A stretch of 64,000 nt of DNA. Origin: an uncultured Flavobacteriales bacterium (lineage in GTDB: Bacteria; Pseudomonadota; Alphaproteobacteria; UBA8366; JADFVY01). Made by a program: the position numbers and the translations under genes. The stretch's first letter is position 1, and each line of letters opens with the position of its first letter. The notes below the pieces were generated by a model. It was not told where the DNA came from. It did not search any database and saw only the letters and a list, made by a program, of their open reading frames with translations. Shown here piece after piece: positions 1-10,602 of the stretch. The stretch lies in contig CAYFYY010000015.1 in assembly GCA_964347475.1 (NCBI GenBank), positions 877 through 64,876 of the forward strand. The letters run 5' to 3'.

Positions 1-168
1 AATGCGACCCTTGTGATCACCCATTACCAGCGGCTGTTGGACTATATCGTGCCGGACCGCGTGCACGTACTCGCCAACGGCCGCATCGCGAAGTCCGGCG
101 GCAAGGAGCTGGCGCTCGAACTCGAGGCCAAGGGATACGCGCAGTTCAGCGGCGCCGAGGCGGCCTGA
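1..168 (+). CDS. sufC: SufC Fe-S cluster assembly ATPase, C-terminal fragment (5' end lies outside the window)
   Basis: Frame 1 reads [51 protein letters not shown] then a stop at 166-168. This is a typical SufC C-terminus, and sufD/sufS follow. Confidence 0.8.
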   Translation, partial: NATLVITHYQRLLDYIVPDRVHVLANGRIAKSGGKELALELEAKGYAQFSGAEAA

Positions 169-180
169 GGACGAGGATCT

Positions 181-1527
181 ATGGCGAAGCAGACGATCAG
201 GGAATTCTCGCTGGCCGCCGGTTACGAGGCGGTGGCGTCGCATCTGCCGGGATCGGATATTGCCTGGCTCGACTCGCTGCGGGCGCAGGGCATCTCGGCA
301 TTCCGGGCGAACGGCCTGCCGACCCGTCGCGTCGAAGCCTGGCGCTATACCAATCTGAATGCCCTGGCCAAGACCGGATTCGCACCGGCCCGAGATGACA
401 TCGAACTGGCCGCGGTGCCGGACCACGCCGCGCTAGCCATCGCCGACGCCTGCCGTATCGTACTGGTCAACGGCCGGCTGCGCCGCGATCTGTCCGATCT
501 CGAGCGGCTGCCGGACGGCATGACGGCATCGGCTCTGGCCGATCTGCTGCGCCGTGCGCCGGGCGAAGCCGAGGATCTGATCGTGCCGGCGCCGGCCGGA
601 CGCGAGGGCGTTCTGGCCGCCCTCAACGACGCCTTCATGGAGGACGGTCTGGTGCTGCGGATCGCAGCTGGCGCCAAGGTCGAGACGCCGATCCACCTCA
701 TCTCCGTTGGCGTCCCCGTGGCCGGACAGGCCATCGCCTTCCACCCGCGCAACCGGATCGTCGCGGAGGCGGGCAGCCGCGCCACCGTCGTCGAGTCGCA
801 TTTCGGCGTTGGTCTCGGCGCCTATTTCTCGAATGGGCTCTGCGATGTCACCGTCGGCCGCGGCGCGAGCCTCACCCATGCCAAGCTGCAGGACGAGGGA
901 GAGGCGGCGTTCCACGTGGCTTTGGTCCGTGCGACGATTGGCGACGATGCGGTCTACGACAGCTTCGTTCTGCATCGGGGCGGCGAACTGGCGCGACATG
1001 AAGTGCATGCGGCGATCGAGGGCACCGGCGCGGAATGCCGCCTCAATGGGGCCTATCTCGGCGCCGGCCGGCAGCACATCGACAACACGACGGTGATCGA
1101 CCACAAGGCGCCGGGCAGCCGCTCCAGCGAGGTCTACAAGGGTGTTCTGGCCGGCCGTGCACGCGGCGTGTTTCAGGGCCGCATCGTCGTCCATCGCGAC
1201 GCCCAGCAAACCGACGGCCATCAGCTCAACAAGACACTGCTGCTGTCGCGTGCGGCCGAGATGGATACCAAGCCCGAGCTCGAGATCTATGCGGATGACG
1301 TCAAGTGCAGCCACGGCGCTACCGTCGGCGAGCTCAGCGAGATGGAGCTGTTCTACTTGCGCGCCCGCGGCATCGACGAGGCGACGGCGCGCGACATGCT
1401 GGTCTCGGCGTTCCTGTCGGAGGCGGTCTCGGAGCTGCGCGACGAAGGCTTGGCGGCGGCGTTCGCCGAGCGCATCGCGGGCTGGGTCGACGCGCGGCAC
1501 CAGGAGGACAGGGAGGAGGCGGCATGA
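181..1527 (+). CDS. sufD: SufD Fe-S cluster assembly protein
   Basis: 448 aa ORF between sufC and sufS. The C-terminal part (KPELEIYADDVKCSHGATVGELSEMELFYLRARGI) is typical of SufB/SufD. The stop overlaps the sufS start (ATGA). Confidence 0.85.
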   Translation: MAKQTIREFSLAAGYEAVASHLPGSDIAWLDSLRAQGISAFRANGLPTRRVEAWRYTNLNALAKTGFAPARDDIELAAVPDHAALAIADACRIVLVNGRLRRDLSDLERLPDGMTASALADLLRRAPGEAEDLIVPAPAGREGVLAALNDAFMEDGLVLRIAAGAKVETPIHLISVGVPVAGQAIAFHPRNRIVAEAGSRATVVESHFGVGLGAYFSNGLCDVTVGRGASLTHAKLQDEGEAAFHVALVRATIGDDAVYDSFVLHRGGELARHEVHAAIEGTGAECRLNGAYLGAGRQHIDNTTVIDHKAPGSRSSEVYKGVLAGRARGVFQGRIVVHRDAQQTDGHQLNKTLLLSRAAEMDTKPELEIYADDVKCSHGATVGELSEMELFYLRARGIDEATARDMLVSAFLSEAVSELRDEGLAAAFAERIAGWVDARHQEDREEAA

Positions 1528-2774
1528 GCGCCCAGGCCGATCTCGTCGAACGCGCCGATTTCGACGTCGACGCCGTGCGCCGCGACTTCCCGATACTGTC
1601 GCGCGAGGTTCACGGCAAGCCGCTGGTCTTTCTCGACAGCGCCGCGTCTGCCCAGAAACCGCGCCAGGTCCTGGATGCGGAGCGGCACGTCTACGAGCAC
1701 GAATACGCCAACGTCCATCGCGGCATCCATTACCTCAGCCAGATCTGCACCGACCGCATGGAGGCGGCGCGCGAGACCGTGCGCGGCTTCCTGAACGCCG
1801 CCAGCACGAAGGAGATCGTCTTTACCCGCAACGCGACCGAGTCGATCAACCTCGTCGCCGCGTCCTGGGGCCGCAATTTCCTGAAGGCGGGAGACGAGAT
1901 CGTCATCTCCGAGATGGAGCACCACTCCAACATCATCCCCTGGCAGCTGCTGCGCGCCGAGAAGGACATAGTCCTGCGCGTGGCGCCGGTCAGCGACGAG
2001 GGCGAGCTCGTCATGGACGGCTTCGCCAGGCTGCTGAACGAGCGCACTCGACTGGTCGCCATAACGCACATGTCGAACGTCCTGGGCACGATTGTCCCGG
2101 TCCGAGACATCGTGCGCATGGCGCACGACGCCGGTGCCAAGGTGCTGCTGGACGGTGCGCAGGCGGTCACGCACATCCCCGTCGACATGCGCGCGCTGGA
2201 TTGCGATTTCTATGTGTTCTCGGGCCACAAGCTCTACGGGCCGAGCGGCATCGGCGTGCTGTATGCCAAGGAGGCGCTGCTGGACGCCATGCCGCCCTAT
2301 ATGGGCGGCGGCGAGATGATCCGCAGCGTGACCTTTGAAAAGGCCGAGTGGGCGGACCTGCCATACAAGTTCGAGGCGGGCACGCCGGCGATCGCGCAGT
2401 CCGTCGGGCTTGGCGCCGCGATCGACTACGTTACCGGCCTCGGGCTCGATGCGATCGGCGCACATGAGGCGGAGCTCGTGACCTACGCGAACCAGCGGCT
2501 GTCGTCGATCGACGGGCTGAAGCTGATCGGCACCGCACCGGGCAAGGCGAGCGTGGTGTCGTTCACCATGGACTGCGCCCACCCGCACGACATTGGCACA
2601 CTGGTGGATCGCGCGGGCGTCGCCATCCGGGTCGGCCACCACTGTGCGCAGCCGCTGATGGACCGCCTCGGCGTCGCCGCGACGGCGCGGGCCTCTTTCG
2701 GGCTTTACAACACGCGTGCCGAGGTCGACCGGCTGACCGAGGTGCTCGAAGGGGTACGGGAGTTCTTCGGGTGA
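1524..2774 (+). CDS. sufS: Cysteine desulfurase SufS (PLP-dependent, class V aminotransferase)
   Basis: Internal ATG at 1524 within ORF 1305..2774 gives MSAQADLVERADFDVDAVRRDFPIL. Motifs FSGHKLYGPSGIGVLY (PLP lysine) and RVGHHCAQP (catalytic Cys loop) are present. Confidence 0.9.
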   Translation: MSAQADLVERADFDVDAVRRDFPILSREVHGKPLVFLDSAASAQKPRQVLDAERHVYEHEYANVHRGIHYLSQICTDRMEAARETVRGFLNAASTKEIVFTRNATESINLVAASWGRNFLKAGDEIVISEMEHHSNIIPWQLLRAEKDIVLRVAPVSDEGELVMDGFARLLNERTRLVAITHMSNVLGTIVPVRDIVRMAHDAGAKVLLDGAQAVTHIPVDMRALDCDFYVFSGHKLYGPSGIGVLYAKEALLDAMPPYMGGGEMIRSVTFEKAEWADLPYKFEAGTPAIAQSVGLGAAIDYVTGLGLDAIGAHEAELVTYANQRLSSIDGLKLIGTAPGKASVVSFTMDCAHPHDIGTLVDRAGVAIRVGHHCAQPLMDRLGVAATARASFGLYNTRAEVDRLTEVLEGVREFFG

Positions 2775-3256
2775 TGTTCGACGAGTTGCGAGAACTCTAC
2801 CAGGAAGTGATCCTCGATCACGGCAAGAGCCCGCGGAATTTCCGCGCCATCGAGGGCGCGCGTTTCCATGCCCATGGTCACAACCCGATGTGCGGCGACC
2901 AGTTGGAAGTGTTCGTCACCGCCGACGACGGTGGGCAAATTACCGATGCGAGCTTCGTCGGCAGGGGCTGCGCCATCTCGGTCGCCTCGGCCTCACTGAT
3001 GACCGAGATGCTACGCGGCAAGACGATCGACGAGGCGCGGCGCATGTTCGACGGGTTCCATGAGATGTGCACGACCGGCGGCGACGATCCCCTTGCCGGC
3101 CTGGCCGAAGAGGATGCGGACCGGCTGCAGGTGCTGTCCGGTGTGCGCGAGTTCCCGATGCGGGTGAAGTGCGCGACCCTGGCCTGGCATACGATGAATG
3201 CCGCGACCAGGGGCATAGACGAAGTTTCCACCGATGACGGGCTGGGAGCAGGATGA
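2771..3256 (+). CDS. sufU: SufU/NifU-N-type sulfur-transfer/scaffold protein
   Basis: 161 aa with NPMCGD, GRGCAIS and VKCATLAW motifs. Starts at GTG 2771 or ATG 2774, overlapping the sufS stop. Confidence 0.8.
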   Translation: MMFDELRELYQEVILDHGKSPRNFRAIEGARFHAHGHNPMCGDQLEVFVTADDGGQITDASFVGRGCAISVASASLMTEMLRGKTIDEARRMFDGFHEMCTTGGDDPLAGLAEEDADRLQVLSGVREFPMRVKCATLAWHTMNAATRGIDEVSTDDGLGAG

Positions 3257-3657
3257 TGACACAGCAGGCATCGACGATGCGCGATTTCATGCCGCTTTCG
3301 TCGCCGGCAGACGGCACGGCGCGCGCCGGTGCGCCGCTGGCGCCGGGTGCAACGGCCGCCGCTCGCGAGGCGGTGATCGAGGCGCTGCGGACCGTGCACG
3401 ACCCCGAGATTCCGGTGAACATCTACGATCTCGGGCTGATCTACGAGCTGGAGATCGCGGATGACGGCTCCGTGCGGATCGGCATGACGCTGACCGCGCC
3501 GGCCTGTCCGGTCGCCGGTGAGATGCCGCAGTGGGTGGCCGATTCGGTGGCCGCGGTCGACGGCGTCGGCGAGGTGGAAGTATCGATGGTCTGGGACCCG
3601 CCCTGGACGCCCGAGCGGATGTCCGACGATGCCAAGATGCTACTGGATATCGGCTGA
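3253..3657 (+). CDS. DUF59/SufT-like Fe-S assembly protein
   Basis: 134 aa with the DUF59 core VIEALRTVHDPEIPVNIYDLGLIYELEI...MTLTAPACPV. The start overlaps the sufU stop. Confidence 0.75.
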   Translation: MMTQQASTMRDFMPLSSPADGTARAGAPLAPGATAAAREAVIEALRTVHDPEIPVNIYDLGLIYELEIADDGSVRIGMTLTAPACPVAGEMPQWVADSVAAVDGVGEVEVSMVWDPPWTPERMSDDAKMLLDIG

Positions 3658-3713
3658 CCGCGTAACGACATAATGGATGGCCGGGTGTTGATACACCCGG
3701 GGAGTACGAGAGC

Positions 3714-4052
3714 ATGGAAAAACCCAAGGCGATGACCCTGACGGACGCGGCCGCGGCACGCGTCAAACACCTGATGGCGCAGACCGACAAGGCCGTCATC
3801 GGCGTGCGCGTCGGCGTGACAATGCAGGGTTGCTCGGGCATGAGCTACAAGATGGAATACGCCGAGGAGGAACGGCCGTTCGAAGAGGTCGTCGAGGACA
3901 AGGGCGTGAAGATCTTCATCGATCCCGCGGCGACGATGTTCCTGCTCGGTTCCGAGATGGACTGGGTTGAGGACAAGCTCGCCTCGCGGTTCGTCTTCAA
4001 CAATCCGAACGTGAAGGGGATGTGCGGCTGCGGCGAGTCGTTCCACGTTTGA
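3714..4052 (+). CDS. A-type Fe-S carrier (IscA/SufA/ErpA family)
   Basis: 112 aa with the C-x(n)-CGCGESF signature (GCSGMSY...MCGCGESFHV). Confidence 0.85.
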   Translation: MEKPKAMTLTDAAAARVKHLMAQTDKAVIGVRVGVTMQGCSGMSYKMEYAEEERPFEEVVEDKGVKIFIDPAATMFLLGSEMDWVEDKLASRFVFNNPNVKGMCGCGESFHV

Positions 4053-4124
4053 CCGCGGCGGCAATAACAACAGGTCCGGCCTGCGGGGGTCGCGGCAACT
4101 GAGTGGGCGGGAAGACCGAGGCAT

Positions 4125-4457
4125 ATGCCCAAGATGACGTTCATAGAACCGGACGGCACCCGCAGGGAGGTCGACGCCCCGCTGGGCCTGTCGATCATGG
4201 AGATCGCCCACAAGCACGACATCGACATCGAGGGCGCTTGCGGCGGCTCGCTGTCCTGCTCGACCTGCCATGTCATCGTCGACCCCGCCTGGTTCGGCAA
4301 GCTGCCGGAGCCCGACGAGGAGGAGGAGGACATGCTCGACCTCGCCTTCGGACTGACCCGCACCTCGCGTCTCTGCTGTCAGCTGATCATGACCGAGGAT
4401 CTGGACGGCATTACCGTCACGCTTCCGGAAGAGACGCATAATTTCCTGTTGGATTGA
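4125..4457 (+). CDS. [2Fe-2S] ferredoxin, adrenodoxin/Fdx type
   Basis: 110 aa with the cysteine pattern [12 protein letters not shown] ... CCQ, typical of vertebrate-type 2Fe-2S ferredoxins. Confidence 0.85.
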   Translation: MPKMTFIEPDGTRREVDAPLGLSIMEIAHKHDIDIEGACGGSLSCSTCHVIVDPAWFGKLPEPDEEEEDMLDLAFGLTRTSRLCCQLIMTEDLDGITVTLPEETHNFLLD

Positions 4458-4581
4458 TCCGAGACGACACGGCTCTTTTTGTGGCGACGGGGGTCGTGGC
4501 GCCTGACGCTGTGTTCCGGATCAGCCATGCCGCGCGTCGGCGAACGCCGGCGAATGGAACGTTGACGATAGCTTTGGTCGG

Positions 4582-5733
4582 TCAGTGCGAAGATCCGTCT
4601 GGATGCACCGCGTCGGGTCCGGCCCGCGCAATACGTCCCGCGATATCTGCCGTTTCCGCGGCAATCGCATCAAGCTCGTCAGATGTGAATTCCGGCCGAT
4701 AATATGCCGGTGGCCTCAGCCGCCCCGCGAACCGTGCCAGCGCCGCCTCGTCGGTCTCAAGGCGGCAATGATGCATCATCCGGCTCATCGTTTCCTGCGG
4801 GTGGTCACAAAGGTTCTCGTAACGGAGGATCATCGTAGCCTTGCGCAGCGCCTCATCGCGATCCAGCAACTCGGCCACATATCCGTAAATCATCGCCCAG
4901 TACCGGGCCCAGCCACGGGCATCTTCGCCGGATTCCCAGAGCGCCTGGATTTCCCGGACCCTGTCGACGTCGCCGCAGTTGATCGGCCGCAGGTCAAGCC
5001 CGAACTCGAAGTGGCCGACGCGACGCATGTAGTCGACAGCCCGCGGATTGCCCCGCTCACCCGCGCAGAACAGCTCGTGCTGCTTGATCAGTGATGCGAC
5101 ATGCCACACGGGATCGCGGACGGGGACGATGAACCGTGCGTCGGCAAACAGCTTGTGCAGATAGCCCATGCGCGTGACGTTGTAGTTTCCCTTCGACAGG
5201 TACCGTGGTTTGGCCCGCGCCGCGAGCAGCTTTCGGATATGCTCGCGATAGAATTTCTCGAACGCCGCGTTCTCGGCTGTTCGGTCCAGCACATGCGATC
5301 GGCCGGGATCGTGGGTGTGGCTGAAAAACGCCATCCAGATTGCCTCTTCGCGGGCTTCGGGACTGTCCGCGGTGACCATGAGGCCGTCCTTGTGGGCGCG
5401 CTCCGCCGCGACGAGGGGGCCACGGCGGGTCCTCTCGACGAACCAATTCCACCACCACGGCGTGAAGACCGGGGGAAAGTCGCGATAGAGGTGCGTTGCA
5501 ACGTCGCCATGCGATGCCAGAATTTCGAGCGCGATCGTCGTGCCGGCGCGGGCCAGACCCGTTACGTAAATCGGTGCCGTGATCGGGACGGACGCAACCG
5601 CATCCGCCAGCACGCGTGTTTCGAGGTTGCCAAGCCCGATCCATAAACGGGGAAATCGCTCGATCAGGCCGCCGACGACATGATCGAAGCCGGAAACCCG
5701 GAATGACGCTTCGATATCCTGGCTTGTTGTCAT
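4582..5733 (-). CDS. Sulfotransferase family protein (PAPS-dependent type)
   Basis: 383 aa with a 5'-PSB-like loop (VTGLARAGTTIALE) and a 3'-PB-like motif (IVPVRDPVWHVASL). Confidence 0.7.
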   Translation of the reverse strand: MTTSQDIEASFRVSGFDHVVGGLIERFPRLWIGLGNLETRVLADAVASVPITAPIYVTGLARAGTTIALEILASHGDVATHLYRDFPPVFTPWWWNWFVERTRRGPLVAAERAHKDGLMVTADSPEAREEAIWMAFFSHTHDPGRSHVLDRTAENAAFEKFYREHIRKLLAARAKPRYLSKGNYNVTRMGYLHKLFADARFIVPVRDPVWHVASLIKQHELFCAGERGNPRAVDYMRRVGHFEFGLDLRPINCGDVDRVREIQALWESGEDARGWARYWAMIYGYVAELLDRDEALRKATMILRYENLCDHPQETMSRMMHHCRLETDEAALARFAGRLRPPAYYRPEFTSDELDAIAAETADIAGRIARAGPDAVHPDGSSH

Positions 5734-5757
5734 CAGTCCGCCTGTCCCCGGTCTCGT

Positions 5758-6525
5758 TCAGCGGATTCGGAACAGCAGCTTGACGGCAACCGACGCAACG
5801 AGGACGACGAGGATGAACGGGGCCTCCCAGCCGCGCATCCAACCCGGACCGAATGGAAGGAACTCCTTGGGGTGCAGCTCGACGCCGATCAGGTCGACCG
5901 GCGCATCGTCCGGCAGCGAACCGAGCGGATTGGCAAAGAAGATGTTCCACCATAAGCGCTTGTGGATAACCGGGACGGGTCGTGCCAGCGGCAGGGTCAG
6001 CATCGGCTGACCGGAGTCGTCGGTCACCTCGACCGTTCGGTCCGCAGCGGGCCACAGCAGGGTCCACGGGCCGTCGCCGGAGACGGGCGCGGTGCCCGGC
6101 CACGCCAGCGGACGGCTGGTCGGCTCACCATAGACGCGAACGGGCTCGCCGGTCTGCGGCAACTCGTAGCCGTAGTTTGCGGCGAGCCATCCCATCATCA
6201 CAAGAACGGGCAGCGAGCCAACGAGGGCGGGTCCAAGTGCGAGGCCGAGGTGCCGCACAGAGGTCGACAGTGATCGGCCCATGACCGCCCATATGCCCGC
6301 GAAGGTACCGTCATACGCGGCGAGTGCCTGACGTGCCTCGGCGGCATCGCGCCGGACGGTCTCCAGTTTGCGCTGCGGCGAGGCGAGCCAATAGAGTGCC
6401 ATCGACAGCGTTCCGGAAATCGTGCCCCACAGGACCAGCCGGGCCGAGTCGGGCAGCAGGTGTGCCAGTGCTAGGTCTGCCGAGCTGAGGAGCGGCGCGG
6501 GTATGTCGAAGATGCCGGTTTCCAT
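5758..6525 (-). CDS. Hypothetical membrane protein
   Basis: 255 aa with hydrophobic segments near the N-terminus, middle and C-terminus. No motif recognised. Same strand as, and directly upstream of, the sulfotransferase. Confidence 0.5.
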   Translation of the reverse strand: METGIFDIPAPLLSSADLALAHLLPDSARLVLWGTISGTLSMALYWLASPQRKLETVRRDAAEARQALAAYDGTFAGIWAVMGRSLSTSVRHLGLALGPALVGSLPVLVMMGWLAANYGYELPQTGEPVRVYGEPTSRPLAWPGTAPVSGDGPWTLLWPAADRTVEVTDDSGQPMLTLPLARPVPVIHKRLWWNIFFANPLGSLPDDAPVDLIGVELHPKEFLPFGPGWMRGWEAPFILVVLVASVAVKLLFRIR

Positions 6526-6543
6526 CGGCCCCGCCGGTCGCTC

Positions 6544-6816
6544 CTATTCGGCGGCGCCGGGAGACGTCGTGTGCTGGCTTTCCTCGGCGGTCGCCGTATT
6601 TTCCGTGGCGGACTGCCTGCCGGCCTTGAATTTACGGTACAGAAGCCGTAGCGGCCAGAACAGGACGATGGCCACGGCGGTTGCGATTGCGGCCAGCACC
6701 GCCAAAAGAGATCCGGCAAGGCTTGCACCCGCGCCCGGTCCGATATAGGCCTGCGCCGCCACGGGTGACAGAACGATCCAGGTGGCACCCATGAGCGCGA
6801 CAACACGAATGATCAT
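6544..6816 (-). CDS. Small membrane protein with N-terminal signal-like segment and YIGPGAG motif
   Basis: Internal ATG at 6816 of ORF 6544..7017 gives MIIRVVALMGATWIVLSPVAAQAYIGPGAGASLAGSLLAVLAAIATAVAIVLFWPLRLLYRKFK, followed by a polar tail. 90 aa. Confidence 0.45.
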   Translation of the reverse strand: MIIRVVALMGATWIVLSPVAAQAYIGPGAGASLAGSLLAVLAAIATAVAIVLFWPLRLLYRKFKAGRQSATENTATAEESQHTTSPGAAE

Positions 6817-7117
6817 GGCGATTCGTCCGTTTCCAATATCCGCGGACCGCACCTCCGCGCCGGGACCTCCCGGCGGTGCGGAACAGGGTGCCGATCCCCT
6901 GCGTTGAGGGGAATTCACCGCCGACAGGATTTCATGCCTGCGTAAAGAAAACTTTAAGGGGGACTTTTCGCGGCGCACCCGCGTACCACCGCCCCCCGAA
7001 CTGGCGGCCCCATGCACGGCATAGGACGATGTTAACGTCTGGCGACTACAACACGATCGGTGGTATGCAGATCACGAAGTCGCCGTTCCCCCCAGGGAGC
7101 GGGAATTCTCAGGAAAG

Positions 7118-8191
7118 GTGCCAGCGGTGTCGATTGTTGTAACGGGTGGCGCGGGTTTTATCGGCTCTGCCGTGGTTCGGCAACTGATCGCGGAAACCGA
7201 GGAGACCGTTATCAACGTCGACGCCCTTACCTATGCGGGGAACCTCGATTCGCTGGGTCCGGCGCGCGAAGACGACCGCCATGTCTTCGAGCGGGTGGAC
7301 ATCCGCGACGCGGCGGCGGTGACGCGCGTGTTCGCCCGGCACAGACCACGTGCCGTAATGCACCTGGCTGCCGAATCGCATGTCGACCGTTCGATCGACG
7401 GGCCGGCGGACTTCATACAGACCAATATCGTCGGCACGTATACGCTCCTCGAAGCTGCGCGCACCTATATCGAGACGCTTGATGAGGCGGAGCGCCGGAT
7501 GTTCCGGTTCCATCATGTATCGACCGACGAGGTGTACGGGACGCTGGGTGCCGACGGGCGGTTTACCGAGGAAACGGCGTACCGGCCGAACTCTCCCTAT
7601 TCGGCCAGCAAGGCATCGTCGGACCATCTCGTGCGGGCCTGGGGCGAAACCTTCGGATTGCCGATCGTCATCACCAACTGTTCGAACAACTATGGCCCCT
7701 ATCAGTTCCCCGAAAAGCTGATTCCGGTGCTGATCCTCAAGGCCCTGAACGGCGAGCAGCTGCCGATCTACGGTAAGGGAGAAAACGTGCGCGACTGGCT
7801 TTATGTCGAGGATCACGCCGCGGCACTTCGCCTGGTTCTGGAGCGGGGTGAGCTTGGCGAGACTTACAACATCGGCGGCTCGGCCGAACGCCGGAATATC
7901 GACGTTGCGCGCGCGGTATGTGCGATCCTGGATGAGCTGCTACCGGCGTCGCCGCACCGCCCGCATGAGAACCTCATTACCTTCGTTGCCGATCGGCCGG
8001 GGCACGATCTGCGCTATGCCATCGACAGTTCGAAAATCGAAAGGGAACTGGGATGGACCCCCGTCGAGACATTCGAGACCGGCCTGAGGCGTACCGTCGC
8101 CTGGTATCTCGACAACAGTGAGTGGTGGGAGCGAATTCTTTCCGGCGCATACCGGGTCGAGCGCCTGGGGCTAGGGCGGGGGCGTGCGTGA
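7118..8191 (+). CDS. rfbB: dTDP-glucose 4,6-dehydratase
   Basis: [10 protein letters not shown] Rossmann motif, [10 protein letters not shown] catalytic YxxxK, and full-length RmlB-like architecture. An alternative GTG start at 7127 sits better behind AGGAAAGG. Confidence 0.9.
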   Translation: MPAVSIVVTGGAGFIGSAVVRQLIAETEETVINVDALTYAGNLDSLGPAREDDRHVFERVDIRDAAAVTRVFARHRPRAVMHLAAESHVDRSIDGPADFIQTNIVGTYTLLEAARTYIETLDEAERRMFRFHHVSTDEVYGTLGADGRFTEETAYRPNSPYSASKASSDHLVRAWGETFGLPIVITNCSNNYGPYQFPEKLIPVLILKALNGEQLPIYGKGENVRDWLYVEDHAAALRLVLERGELGETYNIGGSAERRNIDVARAVCAILDELLPASPHRPHENLITFVADRPGHDLRYAIDSSKIERELGWTPVETFETGLRRTVAWYLDNSEWWERILSGAYRVERLGLGRGRA

Positions 8192-9084
8192 TGGGTGCGC
8201 AGGCGGTGAAGAAGGGCATCATCCTCGCGGGCGGATCGGGCACGCGCCTGTATCCGATCACCACGTCGGTCAGCAAGCAGCTGCTTCCCGTCTACGACAA
8301 GCCGATGATCTATTATCCGTTGTCAGTGCTGCTGCTGGCCGGTATCCGACAGATCCTGGTGATCACGACGCCGGACGACTCAACGGCGTTCCAGCGGCTG
8401 CTGGGAGACGGATCCCAATGGGGAATAGCGGTTACCTATGCCGTTCAGCCCCGGCCCGAGGGCCTCGCCCAGGCATTCATCATCGGCCGCGATTTTGTCG
8501 GATCAGACCCTGTGTGCCTTATCCTCGGCGACAACATTTTCTACGGCCACGGATTGGCAGGACAGTTGCAGTCCGCCGCGTCCCGAGGCAACGGCGCCAC
8601 GGTTTTCGCCTACTGGGTGCGTGATCCGGAACGATACGGCGTGGTATCGTTCGACAAGGGTGGCCGCGCCATCGATATCGAAGAAAAACCTGCTCAACCG
8701 AAGTCAAATTTTGCGGTGACCGGACTTTATTTCTACGATGCCGACGTCGTGGATATCGCTGCTGGTCTCAAACCGTCGGCACGCGGCGAACTGGAGATCA
8801 GTGATGTCAACCTTGCCTATCTTAAACGCGGTGACTTGCGCGTAGAGATGCTCGGCCGCGGTGCCGCTTGGCTGGACACCGGCACCCACGAGTCGTTGCT
8901 GCAGGCCGCCCAGTTCGTCGAAGTCGTGGAAGCGCGCCAGGGCCTGAAGATCTCGTGTGTCGAGGAGATCGCGTGGCGGATGGGCTTCATCGACAGCAGT
9001 GCCCTGCGTGCCTTGGCGGAACCGCTGGCGAAGAACGGCTATGGGCAATATCTTCTCGATCTCTTGAAACGGCACACCGGATGA
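8191..9084 (+). CDS. rfbA: Glucose-1-phosphate thymidylyltransferase
   Basis: ATG at 8191 overlaps the rfbB stop (GTGATG). [17 protein letters not shown] signature; 297 aa. Confidence 0.9.
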   Translation: MGAQAVKKGIILAGGSGTRLYPITTSVSKQLLPVYDKPMIYYPLSVLLLAGIRQILVITTPDDSTAFQRLLGDGSQWGIAVTYAVQPRPEGLAQAFIIGRDFVGSDPVCLILGDNIFYGHGLAGQLQSAASRGNGATVFAYWVRDPERYGVVSFDKGGRAIDIEEKPAQPKSNFAVTGLYFYDADVVDIAAGLKPSARGELEISDVNLAYLKRGDLRVEMLGRGAAWLDTGTHESLLQAAQFVEVVEARQGLKISCVEEIAWRMGFIDSSALRALAEPLAKNGYGQYLLDLLKRHTG

Positions 9085-9644
9085 AGGTCACGAAGACGGA
9101 ACTGCCCGGCGTCCTGCTTGTCGAGCCGAACCGGTTCGGCGATGACCGCGGTTTCTTTCAGGAAACCTGGCACGCCCGCCGCTATCATGACGCCGGAATC
9201 TCCGGCGCCTTCGTGCAGGACAACATGTCGATGTCGAGCCGCGGCGTGTTGCGTGGTCTGCATTTCCAGCAGCCGAATGGGCAGGGTAAGCTCGTCTTTG
9301 TCCTCGAGGGCGAGGTGTTCGATGTTGCAGTCGACGTTCGGGTCGGATCTCCACATTTCGGCAAATGGACCGGCACGATGCTCTCTGCGGAGAACGGGCT
9401 TCAACTTTTCATCCCGGCCGGCTTTGCCCACGGGTTCTGCGTTACCGGGAAGACGGCATTGTTCGCGTACAAGTGCACCGACTTCTATGACCGCGAGGCG
9501 GAGCGCACGATCCGCTGGGACGATCCCCAGATCGGAATCGAATGGCCGATATCCGCGCCGCGGGTGTCGGACAAGGACGCGGCTGCGCCATCCCTGGCCG
9601 ACATAGCCAGGGAATTCCTGCCGCGCTACGGGGACGGGGAGTGA
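9081..9644 (+). CDS. rfbC: dTDP-4-dehydrorhamnose 3,5-epimerase
   Basis: [30 protein letters not shown] and RGLHFQ motifs; 187 aa. The start overlaps the rfbA stop. Confidence 0.9.
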   Translation: MKVTKTELPGVLLVEPNRFGDDRGFFQETWHARRYHDAGISGAFVQDNMSMSSRGVLRGLHFQQPNGQGKLVFVLEGEVFDVAVDVRVGSPHFGKWTGTMLSAENGLQLFIPAGFAHGFCVTGKTALFAYKCTDFYDREAERTIRWDDPQIGIEWPISAPRVSDKDAAAPSLADIAREFLPRYGDGE

Positions 9645-10543
9645 CCGCTCCGATCCTGCTCCTTGGGGGCAACGGCCAGATAGGCTGGGAGCTTCGTCGC
9701 ACGCTTGCGCCATTGGGTCCGGTCACGGCGCTTGAACGCACCGATGTCGATCTCGCCGACGGCAAGGCCTTGCGCAAGGTCGTAAGGGACGCGGCGCCAG
9801 CCCTTATCGTCAACGCGGCCGCATATACGCAGGTCGACCGGGCCGAGAAGGATGCCGCGCTCGCTCAGGCGGTAAACGGCACGGCACCGGGCATTCTTGG
9901 GGAGGAGGCAAACCGCCTCAACGCGGGTCTGGTGCATATTTCCACGGATTACGTCTTCGACGGTGCAGCGGCGCGCCCCTACCGCGAGGAGGACGCCGCC
10001 GCGCCGATCAGCGTTTACGGCAAGAGCAAGCTTGCGGGCGAGGCGGCGGTCGCCGGTTCGGGCTGCGCGCATCTGATCCTGCGCACGAGCTGGGTCTATT
10101 CGATGCGCGGGTCGAACTTCCTGCTCACGATTCGACGCCTGGCCGGCGAACTTGACGAACTCCGGATCGTTGAGGATCAGCGTGGTGCTCCGAGTTGGGC
10201 GCGCATGATCGCCGAGGCGACGGCGGCGATCCTGGTTCGCTGCGGTGCCCCGTCGGATACCGGCCTGTTGACCGAAAAGGGCGGGCTGTACCACCTGACC
10301 GCGTCGGGCCAGACGAGCTGGCACGGCTTCGCTGAGGCGATCGTCGACTGGCTGCGCGCGACGGGCCAGCCGGTCCGCTGCCGCCGTGTCCTTGCGATCC
10401 CGACGGCCCAATATCCGACCCCGGCGAAGCGACCCGCCAACTCCCTGCTGGATTGCACGAAGCTGCGCGATGCCTTCGGGATCGCGCTGCCCGACTGGCG
10501 CGACCAGTTGGCGTTGTGCACCGAGACTGGGTCTTGCGGTTAA
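9641..10543 (+). CDS. rfbD: dTDP-4-dehydrorhamnose reductase
   Basis: GTG at 9641 overlaps the rfbC stop. ILLLGGNGQIGWEL Rossmann motif and YGKSKLAGE catalytic motif; 300 aa. Confidence 0.85.
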   Translation: MTAPILLLGGNGQIGWELRRTLAPLGPVTALERTDVDLADGKALRKVVRDAAPALIVNAAAYTQVDRAEKDAALAQAVNGTAPGILGEEANRLNAGLVHISTDYVFDGAAARPYREEDAAAPISVYGKSKLAGEAAVAGSGCAHLILRTSWVYSMRGSNFLLTIRRLAGELDELRIVEDQRGAPSWARMIAEATAAILVRCGAPSDTGLLTEKGGLYHLTASGQTSWHGFAEAIVDWLRATGQPVRCRRVLAIPTAQYPTPAKRPANSLLDCTKLRDAFGIALPDWRDQLALCTETGSCG

Positions 10544-10602
10544 GGGCGGCGAAACATTGAGCCGCCGGTTGGTCGTTCAGTCGACCTGTTCCGGTCTTTC
10601 CA

